Below, one piece after another: positions 35,232 through 50,274 of a DNA stretch of 64,000 bases. The notes beneath the pieces were generated by a model, which was not told the DNA's origin, did not search any database, and saw only the letters and a list, made by a program, of their open reading frames with translations. Position numbers and translations under genes: made by a program. The DNA comes from Lingula anatina. Lineage: Eukaryota > Animalia > Brachiopoda. Within the stretch, counting starts at the first letter, position 1, and each line of letters opens with the position of its first letter. The stretch lies in contig CM120645.1 in assembly GCA_051362555.1 (NCBI GenBank), positions 19,592,001 to 19,656,000 on the forward strand. The letters are read 5' to 3'.

Positions 35232-37482
35232 TGCAATGGTACTCCTTACAACTTTGATTGGATAATTATGAATCTCTTATTATGTGGATGTCTGTTATTA
35301 CCAGGTATTTATAGCCAAAGGCCTGGATGGTAACTGGGTAGATCTCAGCAGTGTTCACTTCTCACTGAGTCTCCATTATGCTTATGTCCAGTTTTCAGTT
35401 TTATCAAAGATAGTCAAAAAACATACTTGCCAACTTTGGAGTCTCAGATTTTTAGCACCTCTGTTTTCTTTCAACATTCATGAACATCACTGCCGATTTT
35501 CAGGGTCTCTGGATCTACATATCACATAAATTTACCACAAAGTAGAGAGCCACTTTCCTTTTGAACTTCCCTCTCTGATAGCGACCTTGACCTTTATAGC
35601 TTAAAGAGTTGATAGGCGCAGTGTCCTTCAGACAATGGAAGAAATATCTGCCAGGTGTTGAGCCAGAGATCCATTGTATTACTGGGGAGATTTCCAGGCA
35701 TATTTCTTAACTATTTTAATATTCCGGTGGTTTTCACTCATCTTTACGTTGACATAATAGCTGATTGATTTTAAAACTTGGAAGCGGATTCAGAATGCTT
35801 AAATAAAGTGTGAAAATGCTTTTCTGTGTACTTTTGCTTACAGCGATAAGAAAACGTGGAAAAGGGGTGCTCTAGTGGCGTTGAAGCCGTCCCTGTGTAC
35901 AGTAGCAGATGATTCCACAATTTTGTTTGATTTTTTAGGTGCTTAAGATATCCAAGTTGGTGGAAATAAGTTTTAAACAGGTGACTGCAACATCATTTTA
36001 TTTTAACTAGGCTTTATTTTAACAAGGCAGCAAAGCTGTCAAATGTACAGACAAAAACAAACAGAATAAAAAGATGCAAAATAGGTCATTTTGTCAATTT
36101 TGATGCAATAATAAATAACGCTTATAATAGTCAGTCAACACTGATTTTTAATCATGCGCAACAGGTAACATGGTCAATAACAGGAGCAGATGCAGAGATA
36201 TTTTCTGACAGTATTCCAAAGTATCTTTGTTGATCCATCCTCCATTTTGATGGTCTTCCAATAGAAACCCGTTAATATAAACTTTAAAATCTGACTGTCT
36301 TCCAGGAGACCCAGAAGATGGTCTCAACCCACCCCTTCAATAAGATTACAGTTTTACGACCATGAGAGTTAAAATTCACATGATGAAAGTCCCAATATAT
36401 GAAAAATGATGACAGTGCATAAAATAATATTACAGCGTGTTTAAAGACATAAATACCAATACAACTGCTTATGTGGAAATACTGAAAATGTGCAGAGCCT
36501 CAGGTGGATGGGAGTTAAAAGTCACATCTTAAAAATGCCAGTGTTGGAGAAAAAATTAAAAAGAAAACAACAAAAATATAATCCCAATGAAGCTGCTATT
36601 CACTGCTTCCTTATTATGGACACTATGTTATCTAGCAGAGAGCTTAACCTTTGGGAGTTTACAGGGAAATATCAACAAGTGTGCTTTATTAAATCTCATT
36701 TAATGGTCAATTAATTAAGCGAATGAGTTTATAGCACTGAACTTAGCCCAGTGAATACCCAAGGGGAATTTACATGTACCTGTGTATAATTATCATGTAG
36801 GTCCCTTTTTCAATTCACTAGTGTTTCCTCAATCATTAACACAGGTTATTTGGACTTATGAGATACTGAATTTTCCTTGGTTGATATGCTACCAAATCAC
36901 TATTTCGCTCCAATGTTTCAAAAATTTCTCGGGAGAGTTCACCCAAACCACCAACCCCCCCTCCCCGACCCTCCCACCCACCCATCCTTTAGTAGGATAG
37001 GTCTTTAAAAGAGAGGAATTAAAATTTCAAAAAATTTATTTATCTTTTCTGTTATCAAGTTATTGAAACAATTTACAACAAAGTAATTATCAAATTATAC
37101 GTAGGCCAACATGATTATGTGATTTATAAAAATTGGCTCTTATTCTCTGCACATACAAAAGAAACGTGGTTTTTATCACTAAATTCTATTTAAATGTTTA
37201 AATAATTAGCTTCAATTTTTTGTCTTGGTGAAACTGTAAGGAAAACTTGAATTAGCATAATTCACTTCTTGATTTTTTTTCAAAATTTATTAAAACTGAT
37301 GTTTTTAGCAGATATTAAATTAATCGTTCTGAGCTGTTGTAGGCTAGAGTTAAAAAGTCGTCTATATATAATAATAAAGTGGATAGTTTGTTTCATGGGG
37401 TCGGCTGTAGAATGAGCTACTTCTAAATGAATCGTGAAACTTGAGGGAAGTATTGTAGCAGCCGGTGGTTTACAGCAGTCCT

Positions 37483-40400
37483 CTAGCCATTGTCAACAAT
37501 ATTGCGGACGCTGCTGTTTGCTGTCAGTGGACCCATCTCGAGCTGTTCTTCCTCCAACACTTCCTATCATGATGAAAAACACTGCATATAAATAGTCTGT
37601 AAACTAAACATATATCTCAATATTTCAAGCATTGGATGTTTACAGAAAATAAATTCCATCTTTTTTCATTAGATTCATGTAGGTTAGAGAGTCGTTAACT
37701 TATACATGTACAAATTGCTTGAAGTTCGAGACGGTTCACAATAAGGAGCCAGAGAGTAATTACCCTATTAGAAGCAATCAGTGTAATAAATCCAGGCGTT
37801 ACCTGAGCAATGTCTAAAATGGGAGAAGTGATCACATCGGTTGGAAAATTATTCACGTAGTAGTCACACAGCCATCTGCATTTAAAAAAATGAATATAAA
37901 ATTATAATAGATATATAGACAAATAAATATAGTAAATGGATGAAGAAAATAGATTAAATACAAAAATAATAATAAATAAAAAATATAAATAAATAAATGT
38001 CAGATCTGGCTTAAAAAGTTGTTAGTTATAGGGAGTCTTGCAGGAAGAAAAAAACATTGATGAAATTCGTACCGATGACTTAAAAGGCCAGTCATGCTGT
38101 CAATTCTTTGGTCCACTTCGCTGAAATAAAACAGAGAGAGATGGTTTGATCTGTGCTGAAAGTTCAATATGAGACTAAGCAGGGACAATGGAAACTGAAG
38201 ACAAATGATGTCTACGAAGTTAACATGACTTATTTTGAAAAGTGCATTGTTTACTTTTGTGTCTTTAGACAGGCAAATGCTTACGAAGCTAATGATGGAA
38301 TTGTTCACGACATTTCATTTAATTATTCACTGCACATATTCATGTAGTTGTATGTCATGCAGTAGTATTGCCTACCATACTAATCTATCAATCAGATCCC
38401 TGAAGACATGTTCTGTATCTGTGTAGATGATGGTGCCTTGGAGGATTTTCATTCTGGCTTTTGCTCTGGTCGGCAATTCAGTCCAAAGTGGGTGTCTAAA
38501 TAAATCGACCAAAATTTATTGCTGTCTTCCAACACTTCCTACTGTTCTAAAATTCTAAGGTATTTTTTAGAAAATAATTACTGGCTACATTCTAATTTTC
38601 CAGTTCATACCACTAGCAACTCTAAAGAAGGGAGCCGTGTCATTTTGGCTTATATTTCTATCAGAACTATTGGCATGAATAACAGTTCTGTCATGATTTA
38701 CATAGCTGTATCCTTTTCATTACCTTCCCTCCATAAGTTCAAACAACATGACACCCAATGCGTAGAAATCGGCTCTCCACGAGGCGGCGCCACCCCTCAG
38801 CACCTCTGGTGTCATGTTTTTATAGAGTGTGAAGTTCATAAATTGCACCGCATCGATACTCTCTCCGGCATCATTTAGAGGGTGAACAGATCCTAGATCT
38901 CACTGAAAGAAAATAATCCGCATTTGAAATTTGAATAAAAAAGGTAATGTTCTGGTTGCCAAAATGAAAGTGTTGATTACATCCAAAATCTTTTTTTTTT
39001 TCAAAACAAAACCATATTTTTATCAGTCATAAAATGTATTAATTCAAATTATGACACATCGGTGACACATGAATAATCATTTTATGTACGTAAAGAAGCT
39101 AGTCTTAGCGAAGAGCGAGACGGTAGCCAAAATCAGGCCCGACCCAGGAACATCAAGGCGAGAAGAGAAAAATAACCTGAAAAAATCGAACATCTTACCA
39201 GTTTAGGGACCCCGTGTAGACTAACCAACACGTTGTTCGTTTTTAAATCAAAATGGGCTACATTCCGTTGGTGCAGGTGCCCAATAGCCATACAGACGCA
39301 CGTGGCAATATATTTCACCATATGAACAGGAACTTCGTCCCTAAGAAATAAATAAATGCAACTGTCAGTATTATATTCAGGTCAATATTAAAGGAAATAA
39401 TATTTTGTTGAATAACAAATTTACTGTGAAATAGATATTTTTTATGATCGTACAAGATAAAATCGGAAAAAAATGAAAGTATTATTTAAAGAAAAGAAAG
39501 TAATATAATTACTTACAGGAAAGTTTCCCAATACTCTTGGAGAATTTCAAGGTCCATCGGACACAATTCCGATAGTAGAACGGGAAACCCAGGCCTAACA
39601 TCAAATGAGTGAACGAGTCTGGAACGGAAATTTCTCATATCATAATGAGTTAAACTAAATCGGATGAAATTAATAAGTTCAATCTGTAGGCCTACAGCGT
39701 AATTTTTCATTATAATCATAATAATTGAAATTTTACAGTTACAGTTTATGACGTTTATATCCATCCAGTATGTACTGGTACTCATTAAATTTAACATAAT
39801 GATGTTGTGCAAGATGCTGATTGTTGTATGTGTCAAACATTTAACGAGGTGAAGAGATTATTACTTGGTGATGCATAAAGGACATGCGTGTTTCATAGGT
39901 ATCCAAGCTTACAAATTAACCAACATATTAAATTGTTTGTATTCATCTGATAAAATACCTTAAGATAAATTTGCTGTCTATCCTCTTCATAAAAGAAACT
40001 TCTCTGTAAATGGACCTTGCATAGGCCTCAGAGGTAGGCACCTTCAATGCCAGGTTGTTTTTAAACTAAACATAAAATATTTCGAACGGTTACTGGGATG
40101 TCACTTTCGTAAACAATATAATAGCAAAATAAACTGGTAACATTACTACAGGATTTATCACAGTAAACATGTATTGTTCTGCTGCTACTGCTTTAAAATC
40201 TTAAACTACAATTACTGTCATGACTGTGTTCTTATGCTACTACTATTGCTACTCCCTCTATCCCAGTATCACTTTAGTTTGTTTATCATGATAAGTTCAA
40301 TACCTTGTACACTGAACCGAATCCTCCACCTCCCAAAATCGGAAGCATCGTGTCTTTCTTCCAGAAAAGGCCCCGGACCTTACATTTACATTGAAGAAAG

Positions 40401-40647
40401 GGAAATTGAAATAGACACTTAAATAAAACGGCACGATTACTTTGATTAATTAGAAACAAAGTTATAAATATCTTTTCGGGGTGAAGTAGGACTACAGATA
40501 TATTGATAATAACAGTTGAGTTTTTGATTTTTGTTCTGCTAAAAAGCAATATCTTACCTCGTTCTCGAGTCTGAATATGTCTCTGTGAAAAATGTACATG
40601 TAACTGTATTTCATGCCTAAAAAGGCCAAATGCGACGCAACTATCAT
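37483..40647 (-). pseudogene. Non-RD kinase, copy 3, with a nonsense codon (TGT>TGA) at 38900-38902 directly before DLG
   Basis: The + strand reads agatctcactg where other copies read agatcacactg, and the corresponding ORF is missing from the ORF track. Confidence 0.8.
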
Positions 40648-41709
40648 TGCGTATATCGTCTATTTTACTCAAAAGAAAATCGCTGTATTCACTTTGCTTG
40701 CGCGCAGCATATCTCCAATAGCTTTTGTGCTACCTGGTAACGTCAGCACGGGCCAATGACGTCACAATATATTTTGCCTTTTAAGGACATATATCTATCG
40801 CGTGAAATACGCATGCGCCCAAAAATGGGAAATGGGCGTTTTTTCATGCTAACAGCTATAAGGTTGAAAGTAGGCCTAATTTGTAACTGCCCAAAGCAGC
40901 AAATGATTTTGATAAACGTAATATTCTATACCGACTTGTAACTTGCTTACAGGTGAAATACGCCTTCCATTTGAAGAAACTTTGAAATTCTCTGTTTAAA
41001 AGAAAAAAAAACTTGGGGGTTTCTGTTTAGCGGTGCTTTGATAGGTTTAGGCCCCTTTTTTTAATAGGCCTAAATGAAAGGGGTTAGGCTAAATATAAAC
41101 ACGTTTGACTGAAAAGTTAATATAGATCACAAGATACGAAATAAATTATGTCGTGTATATTGTAAAAGAATATCCGAAAGTGTCGAGAATACGGCCCCAG
41201 AGTGGTAGAAAGAAAGTTTTTATTTTTGCGGAAAATAATGAATTTCGAATAATAAAAGTTGCAACATGACCATTAGATCTAGTTTCTTTGTGAAACGCTC
41301 TCTGTTCGTTACGGTGCAGTAGGTCAACTAGTCAATTGAAGTTTTTTTTTTTTTTTTTTTTTTTTTTAACACGGGGTCATTTTTACTAACTTGATATCAA
41401 ATTGGGAAATAGTTATGCAAATCATCAATGTTTAATAATGTTTTCAAAATTTATTAGGGGCCCATATTCCATGAACAATGCTGGCTATTCGACAAATTAG
41501 TCGTCTTGTATAGATAATCGTGTTCATTTACAACTAGAAAATAGCTCAATAGTTCATAAAACAATGAATAGTAAAAGCCATGAAAAATAAGAATAGCAAG
41601 GCATCAACATTCTTGTCGGCTCCCCCTATAGCTGATGAACCTACCAGCTTTTCCAATCCTGCTAGATTCTGTTTTGTTCTTTCTAAGCATTTGTTCTACT
41701 ACACTAAAG

Positions 41710-41878
41710 GTTCTGGTAGGTTCCCACAAGGCAGGACGGCAGAATCATCACAGAGTTGGGGGCCAGAACGGTATTGATGAAGAACGAATCGAGCACCTGG
41801 CCAAAGTTTGCCCGTTGAAGTACGTGGAGCTAGAGCCTGGTAAGGGTGTCCTAATCTGAGCTCAAATTTATTCACATT

Positions 41879-41913
<35 letters not shown>

Positions 41914-43100
41914 TGCACACGCGTAGATTATGTCAAAATCGGTCGGAAAAGAATCAGTTGCAATACTCAAACAGTACTTAAGTGCCAACTACATGTACCT
42001 TGTTTATTTCGGTCTTAAAACTAATGTAATTGTCTTGACTTTTTTCTTTTTTTACATACATCGCCTATTTGGTCACTTTAACTGTACATGTACTGCTTGT
42101 GTATTAATTGTTCGTAAAACCTTTTTAACACAATGTCGCATGGTCGGTTTTACGCATTCAGGTATCTGTCAAGAGACTAGGTTTGACAGACATAATAAAG
42201 CCCTTTTATTGAAGTAGTTAAAATTTAAAAACAAACATTTATTTCATTTTTGTTTCTTTTGGGAATAAATAGATGTATGTTTTTGGAGCTTTTGGGTATA
42301 GCCTTGAATTAGGATGCAGGTCGACTATTGGGTAACTAAGTGAAATGCTGATGTTTGAGAAATAAATGAGGAACCATAGTCACTTCTCTTACTTATGTAG
42401 GTGATGCTTTGATCTTCAACGCCAACTTGATCCATAAGAGCGACGCCAACAACAGTAACAAGCGGCGGTGGTCGTTCCTCGTTTCTTACAACACCAAGGA
42501 AAACAACCCGGTGTACGTTCATCATCATGCCCAGTACACGCCCTTAGATGTGGTACGTCAAGATATTCTGGTCTTTTTTATTTTTAATAAAAATAACCTG
42601 GAAAGATTTTGGATAGTTCACGAATATCAAATCTATTTCATGCTCGCAGTTCGCAAAAGCACTGTTCATTCATTTTAAAATTAAATTTTTTATTGAATTC
42701 AAATAGAATCCGAATACGCAAGATAACTTTACCGTTTGTATATTCATGAGGACGGGTAGCAAAGTTACAGGTGTGGATTTGAGGGTTGCACCTGTTTAAC
42801 TGCTAATTCAAATTAACAAAAAAAAAACTTTTATGGTAAGAATTCAATTGTTCTTAGAGAAGCAAAACGTATTTTTACGTCAGAAAGAGGCAATGGCTCT
42901 TTGACACGCCATGACTGACTCGTGATTGACAATCCTTTTTAACTAACATCATTTCTATGTTGTAGGTTCCTAATTCCGCCATTAAAGCCTGCGCCAACTT
43001 CACAGACATGACGGGGAAGGAATTTCTGGACCCGTCCATTGACAAGACTGTCATCGCAGATAAAACTAACCCTGTGAAAATAACAAAGACAAGCGAATGA
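41710..43100 (+). CDS. Dioxygenase 3' cassette 3 (exons 41710-41839, 42401-42552, 42966-43100)
   Basis: Intact frame; first acceptor is AAG; ends KITKTSE*(TGA). Confidence 0.7.
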
Positions 43101-45205
43101 TCCTTTGAAGTGAAGGAAAACCAAAATCAAAGCGAAGTTAATTTTTTTAAACATTTGACTAGAATTTTTTACCAGAATCGGGAGCATAGGCAGCAACTTT
43201 TAAGGGAGGAGGGAGGGTTCAAAATAACGAGGGGGTGGGGGCGACAAAAAAATGTGCTTGAAATTCGAATATACATTCGGTTGACGTAATGTTTTAATGA
43301 TTTATTTTAATTTTATAACATAGCTTAAAGAGTTGATAGGCGCACAGTGTCCTTCAGACAATGGAAGAAATATCTGCCAGGTGTTGAGCCAGAGACCCAT
43401 TGTATTACTGGGGAGATTTCCAGGCATTTTTCTTAACTATTTTAATATTCCGGTGGTTTTCACTCATCTTTACGTTGACATAATAGCTGATTGATTTTAA
43501 AACTTGGAAGCGGATTCAGAATGCTTAAATAAAGTGTGAAAATTATTTTCTGTGTAGTTTTGCTTACAGCGATAAGAAAACGTGGAAAAGGGGTGCTCTA
43601 GTGGCGTTGAAGCCGTCCCTGTAGACAGTAGCAGATGATTCCACAATTTTGTTTGATTTTTTAGGTGCTTAAGATATCCAAGTTGGTGGAAATAAGTTTT
43701 AAACAGGTGACTGCAACATCATTTTATTTTAACTAGGCTTTATTTTAACAAGGCAGCAAAGCTGTCAAATGTACAGACAAAAAACAGAATAAAAAGATGC
43801 AAAATAGGTCATTTTGTCAATTTTGATGCAATAATAAATAACGCTTATAATAGTCAGTCAACACTGATTTTTAATCATGCGCAACAGGTAACATGGTCAA
43901 TAACAGGAGCAGATGCAGAGATATTTTCTGACAGTATTCCAAAGTATCTTTGTTGATCCATCCTCCATTTTGATGGTCTTCCAATAGAAACCCGTTAATA
44001 TAAACTTTAAAATCTGACTGTCTTCCAGGAGACCCAGAAGATGGTCTCAACCCACCCCTTCAATAAGATTACAGTTTTAGGACCATGAGAGTTAAAATTC
44101 ACATGATGAAAGTCCCAATATATGAAAAATGATGACAGTGCATAAAATAATATTACAGCGTGTTTAAAGACATAAATACCAATACAACTGCTTATGTGGA
44201 AATACTGAAAATGTGCAGAGCCTCAGTTGGATGGGAGTTAAAAGTCACATCTTAAAAATGCCAGTGTTGGAGAAAAAATTAAAAAGAAAACAACAAAAAT
44301 ATAATCCCAATGAAGCTGCTATTCACTGCTTCCTTATTATGGACACTTTGTTATCTAGCAGAGAGCTTAACCTTTGGGAGTTTACAGGGAAATATCAACA
44401 AGTGTGCTTTATTAAATCTCATTTAATGGTCAATTAATTAGGCGAATGAGTTTATAGCACTGAACTTAGCCCAGTGAATACCCAAGGGGAATTTACATGT
44501 ACCTGTGTATAATTATCATGTAGGTCCCTTTTTCAATTCACTAGTGTTTCCTCAATCATTAACACAAGTTATTTGGACTTATGAGATACTGAATTTTCCT
44601 TGGTTGATATGCTACCAAATCACTATTTCGCTCCAATGTTTCAAAAATTTCTCGGGAGAGTTCACCCAAACCATCAACCCCCCCTCCCCGACCCTCCCAC
44701 CCACCCATCCTTTAGTAGGATAGGTCTTTAAAAGAGAGGAATTAAAATTTCAAAAAATTTATTTATCTTTTCTGTTATCAAGTTATCGAAACAATTTACA
44801 ACAAAGTAATTATCAAATTATACGTAGGCCAACATGATTATGTGATTTATAAAAATTGGCACTTATTCTCTGCACATACAAAAGAAACGTGGTTTTTATC
44901 ACTAAATTCTATTTAAATGTTTAAATAATTAGCTTCAATTTTTTGTCTTGGTGAAACTGTAAGGAAAACTTGAATTAGCATAATTCACTTCTTGATTTTT
45001 TTTCAAAATTTATTAAAACTGATGTTTTTGGCAGATATTAAATTAATCGTTCTGAGCTGTTGTAGGCTTGAGTTAAAAAGTCGTCTATATATAATAATAA
45101 AGTGGATAGTTTGTTTCATGGGGTCGGCTGTAGAATGAGCTACTTCTAAATGAATCGTGAAACTTGAGGGAAGTATTGAAGCAGCCGGTGGTTTACAGCA
45201 GTCCT

Positions 45206-48200
45206 CTAGCCATTGTCAACAATATTGCGGACGCTGCTGTTTGCTGTCAGTGGACCCATCTCGAGCTGTTCTTCCTCCAACACTTCCTATCATGATGAAA
45301 AACACTGCATATAAATAGTCTGTAAACTAAACATATATCTCAATATTTCAAGCATTGGATGTTTACAGAAAATAAATTCCATCTTTTTTCATTAGATTCA
45401 TGTAGGTTAGAGAGTCGTTAACTTATACATGTACAAATTGCTTGAAGTTCGAGACGGTTCACAATAAGGAGCCAGAGAGTAATTACCCTATTAGAAGCAA
45501 TCAGTGTAATAAATCCAGGCGTTACCTGAGCAATGTCTAAAATGGGAGAAGTGATCACATCGGTTGGAAAATTATTCACGTAGTAGTCACACAGCCATCT
45601 GCATTTAAAAAAATGAATATAAAATTATAATAGATATATAGACAAATAAATATAGTGAATGGATGAAGAAAATAGATTAAATACAAAAATAATAATAAAT
45701 AAAAAATATAAATAAATAAATGTCAGATCTGGCTTAAAAAGTTGTTAGTTATAGGGAGTCTTGCAGGAAGAAAAAAACATTGATGAAATTCGTACCGATG
45801 ACTTAAAAGGCCAGTCATGCTGTCAATTCTTTGGTCCACTTCGCTGAAATAAAACAGAGAGAGATGGTTTGATCTGTGCTGAAAGTTCAATATGAGACTA
45901 AGCAGGGACAATGGAAACTGAAGACAAATGATGTCTACGAAGTTAACATGACTTATTTTGAAAAGTGCATTGTTTACTTTTGTGTCTTTAGACAGGCAAA
46001 TGCTTACGAAGCTAATGATGGAATTGTTCACGACATTTCATTTAATTATTCACTGCACATTTTCATGTAGTTGTATGTCATGCAGTAGTATTGCCTACCA
46101 TACTAATCTATCAATCAGATCCCTGAAGACATGTTCTGTATCTGTGTAGATGATGGTGCCTTGGAGGATTTTCATTCTGGCTTCTGCTCTGGTCGGCAAT
46201 TCAGTCCAAAGTGGGTGTCTAAATAAATCGACCAAAATTTATTGCTGTCTTCCAACACTTCCTACTGTTCTAAAATTCTAAGGTATTTTTTAGAAAAAAA
46301 TTACTGGCTACATTCTAATTTTCCAGTTCATACCACTAGCAACTCTAAAGAAGGGAGCCGTGTCATTTTGGCTTATATTTCTATCAGAACTATTGGCATG
46401 AATAACAGTTCTGTCATGATTTACATAGCTGTATCCTTTTCATTACCTTCCCTCCATAAGTTCAAACAACATGACACCCAATGCGTAGAAATCGGCTCTC
46501 CACGAGGCGGCGCCACCCCTCAGCACCTCTGGTGTCATGTTTTTATAGAGTGTGAAGTTCATAAATTGCACCGCATCGATACTCTCTCCGGCATCATTTA
46601 GAGGGTGAACAGATCCTAGATCACACTGAAAGAAAATAATCCGCATTTGAAATTTGAATAAAAAGGGAATGTGGTTGCCAAAATGAAAGTGTTGATTACA
46701 TCCAAAATCTTTTTTTTTTTTTTCAAAACAAAACCATATTTTTATCAGTCATAAAAATGTATTAATTCAAATTATGACACATCGGTGACACATGAATAAT
46801 CATTTTATGTACGTAAAGCAGCGAGTCTTAGCGAAGAGCGAGACGGTATTCAAAATCAGGCCCGACCCAGGAACATCAAGGCGAGAAGAGAAAAATAACC
46901 TGAAAAAATCGAACATCTTACCAGTTTAGGGACCCCGTGTAGACTAACCAACACGTTGTTCGTTTTTAAATCAAAATGGGCTACATTCCGTTGGTGCAGG
47001 TGCCCAATAGCCATACAGACGCACGTGGCAATATATTTCACCATATGAACAGGAACTTCGTCCCTAAGAAATAAATAAATGCAACTGTCAGTATTATATT
47101 CAGGTCAATATTAAAGGAAATAATATATTGTTGAATAACAAATTTACTGTGAAATAGATATTTTTTATGATCGTACAAGATAAAATCGGAAAAAAATGAA
47201 AGTATTATTTAAAGAAAAGAAAGTAATATAATTACTTACAGGAAAGTTTCCCAATACTCTTGGAGAATTTCAAGGTCCATCGGACACAATTCCGATAGTA
47301 GAACGGGAAACCCGGGCCTAACATCAAATGAGTGAACGAGTCTGGAACGGAAATTTCTCATATCATAATGAGTTAAACTAAATCGGATGAAATAAATAAG
47401 TTCAATCTGTAGGCCTACAGCGTAATTTTTCATTATAATCATAATAATTGAAATTTTACAGTTACAGTTTATGACGTTTATATCCATCCAGTATGTACTG
47501 GTACTCATTAAATTTAACATAATGATGTTGTGCAAGATGCTGATTGTTGTATGTGTCAAACATTTAACGAGGTGAAGAGATTATTACTTGGTGATGCATA
47601 AAGGACATGCGTGTTTCATAGGTATCCAAGCTTACAAATTATCCCCGGCCTTTAATACAACACTAGGCGTAAAACAAGGTGACACATTGAGCCCATTTCT
47701 TTTTAATATTTTTATTGATGACCGTCTTAGATCAATTGATAGCGAAAGTGCTGCAAGTCCAGATATAAATGGAATACCAATACAAGGTTTACTCTATGCT
47801 GATGACCTCATCCTTATGTCCAAGACCCCCAAAGGGCTAAGGCAAAGTTTGGAAATTGTAGAAAATTTCTGTAACAAGTGGAGAATGACTGTAAATGTCA
47901 CCAAAACTAAAATAGTTATTTTCAACTCAAAATCAAAAGCTCACAGTGAAAAATTTTTTCTTTATGGAAAACCAATCCAAGAGGTCAACAAATACATGTA
48001 TCTAGGTCTCCTTCTAAATCGATCAGGAAGCTTTACAGAAACCCAAAGTAATCTCCTACAACGTGCTACAAAGGCATTCTTCAGTCTGTCAAAGTCTCTT
48101 CCACTTCAGAGTAATGTTAAGATATCCTTAAAAGAGAAATTATTTGATACCCTCATTTCCCCAATCCTTACATATTGCTCAGAGATATGGGGCTACTCTG

Positions 48201-50274
48201 TGTCAACGGATAACTGCCCTACAGAAAAGTTGCACTTAAAATTTTGCAAACAAATCCTTGGCCTCCATCAAAATGTATCAAACTATGGTGTATACACTGA
48301 ACTTGGCCGCCTTCCCCTCTATACCAAAATACAGTTTGCATCTGTCCAACTATGGTGTAAAATTATTCAAATGTCTGATGCTACACTAATGAAACAAGCA
48401 TACATACAAGAGATAAATAGTTACAAGTTGCTGACACCTTATGTCCCACCCGCAGTCCACACACTCAGGCCAGCTTGTATGTCATGGTCTGAGGGTATCC
48501 GAAAAATCCTTTTCACATTTGGCCTTGGAGATGTGTGGCTTAGCCAGTCCCCTCCAAAAAACTTCACCACAATTTTCAAACAAAGACAAACTGACCACTT
48601 TACCCAAATGTGCAATAGCAAACTTCAAGCCAACAGTAAATTGTCTCTCTTCCGTATACTTAACCAAAAGTGTGAAAGGGCAACTTATGTTGATAAAATA
48701 ACAAATTATGACACCTTGTCAACCCTTGCTAAACTACGTCTTAGTGACCATAAACTCCACATCGAAACTGGGCGGCACACCAGGCCAAAAACTGAAAGGT
48801 GCGACAGAATCTGTCGCCTGTGCACCCAAGGGGTACTTGAAGATGAATACCATTTTATATTCCAATGCCCAATGTACAAAACAGACAGAGTCACCTTTTT
48901 AAGTAAAACCTCAATCCTAAAAGCTGATCCCAGGTCACCAGACAGTCATTTATGCCATGTATTTAACAGTGCCAAAAAAGATACTCTAGTGTCCCTCTCC
49001 AACTTTATAATCAAATCATTCAAGAAAAGAAGTGAAGTAGTTGCTCTGCTTGGTAACTCTTAGCATATCCCTTAAAATGTCAGTGTATGGTCCCACTGTT
49101 GTGAGAAGTGACTCGGCAGTGGGACTGAACATGGCACAATATTTATATCTGTGTAACTTATTTACTTATCTGTCTTATGTAATTGTCATTAGTCGTAATT
49201 ATCCATGTCATCAAACTGGCTTTAAACAGCTATGTAACCTTGGTTTAAGTTTAAACATATTCTTTTTGTGTAACATGTTTATAGTATGTTTATGGTAAAT
49301 TTAAAATCACACCAAGGTTTATCGCATTGCTTAGATAGAATATTTTATGAGTAATTTTGCTGATACGTATGTCCATTATATAAAGATGGTAATGCACTAA
49401 CTGTATTGTATCGTCATTAGTATATCATATTGTACAAGGTCATGACAATCTATGCACCAGTACAGAAATAAATTGAATTGAATTGAAATTGAATTAACCA
49501 ACATATTCAATTGTTTGTATTCATCTGATAAAATACCTTAAGATAAATTTGCTGTCTATCCTCTTCATAAAAGAAACTTCCCTGTAGATGGACCTTGCAT
49601 AGGCCTCAGAGGTAGGCACCTTCAGTGCTAGGTTGTTTTTAAACTAAATATAAAATATTTCGAACGGTTACTGGGATGTCACATCCGTAAACAATAATAG
49701 CAAAGATAAACTGGTAACATTACTACATAACTTAATATAACATAAATATATTTTGTTCTGCTGCTACTACTTTCAAATCTAATACTATAATTACTGTCAT
49801 GACTGTGTGTACTTATGCTACTACTACTATTGCTACTCCCTCTATCCCAGTATCACTTTAGTTTGTTTTATCATGATAAGTTCAATACCTTGTACACTGA
49901 ACCGAATCCTCCACCTCCCAAAATCGGAAGCATCGTGTCTTCCTTCCAAAAAAGCGCCCGAACCTTAAACAATGAAGATAGGGAAATTGATAAAAAGTGT
50001 ACCTAATATTGAAATAGATACTTAAATAAAACGGCCCGATTACTTTCAAAACTAAGCTTTAAAGACGCTCATTTTGATTAATAAGAAACTAAGTTATAAA
50101 TATCTGTGCGGGGGTGAAGTACAGATATATTGATACCAACAGTTGAGTTTTTGATTTTTGTCCTGCTAAAAAGAAATATCTTACCTCGTTCTCGAGTCTG
50201 AATATTTCTCTGTGAAAAATGTACATGTAACTGTATTTCATGCCTAAAAAGGCTAAATGCGACGCAACTATCAT
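45206..50274 (-). CDS. Non-RD kinase, copy 4 (exons intact; LINE in intron 3)
   Basis: All exons and motifs are present; a 1.85-kb LINE lies between the LALK and LVHSF exons. Confidence 0.83.
47642..49491 (+). mobile_element. 5'-truncated non-LTR retrotransposon (RTE-X/L2-group-like): 3' half of RT + CCHC domain, (ATTGA)n tail
   Basis: GVKQGDTLSPFLF, LLYADD, YLGL, IETGRH...CRLC...EDEYHFIFQC; stop at 49063; tail AATAAATTGAATTGAATTGAAATTG. AATTA on both flanks; the empty site caaattaaccaac is present in the other units. The clade assignment is an inference. Confidence 0.9.

Larger units (their letters stand above)
29374..35594 (-). mobile_element. Full-length L1-clade (Tx1-like) LINE, about 6.2 kb
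   Basis: 14-bp TSD TATAGCTTAAAGAG (29360-29373, 35595-35608), a poly(A) tail of about 30 nt preceded by AATAAA, ORF1 and ORF2. The empty site is present in the other units. Confidence 0.95.

Noticed and set aside
36143-36316. About 170-bp segment missing from unit 1, possibly a coding or LINE fragment
   Set aside because: No convincing motif in any frame; best explained as a simple deletion in unit 1.
38900-38902. Cys>TGA as selenocysteine recoding
   Set aside because: Only one of six copies has it, and I see no SECIS evidence; a plain nonsense mutation is simpler.
47588-47641. Apparent 491-aa ORF fusing host sequence to reverse transcriptase
   Set aside because: The first 18 codons are kinase-intron sequence (present without the LINE in other units) that happens to be in frame from a GTG. 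It is a 5'-truncated LINE, not a fusion gene.
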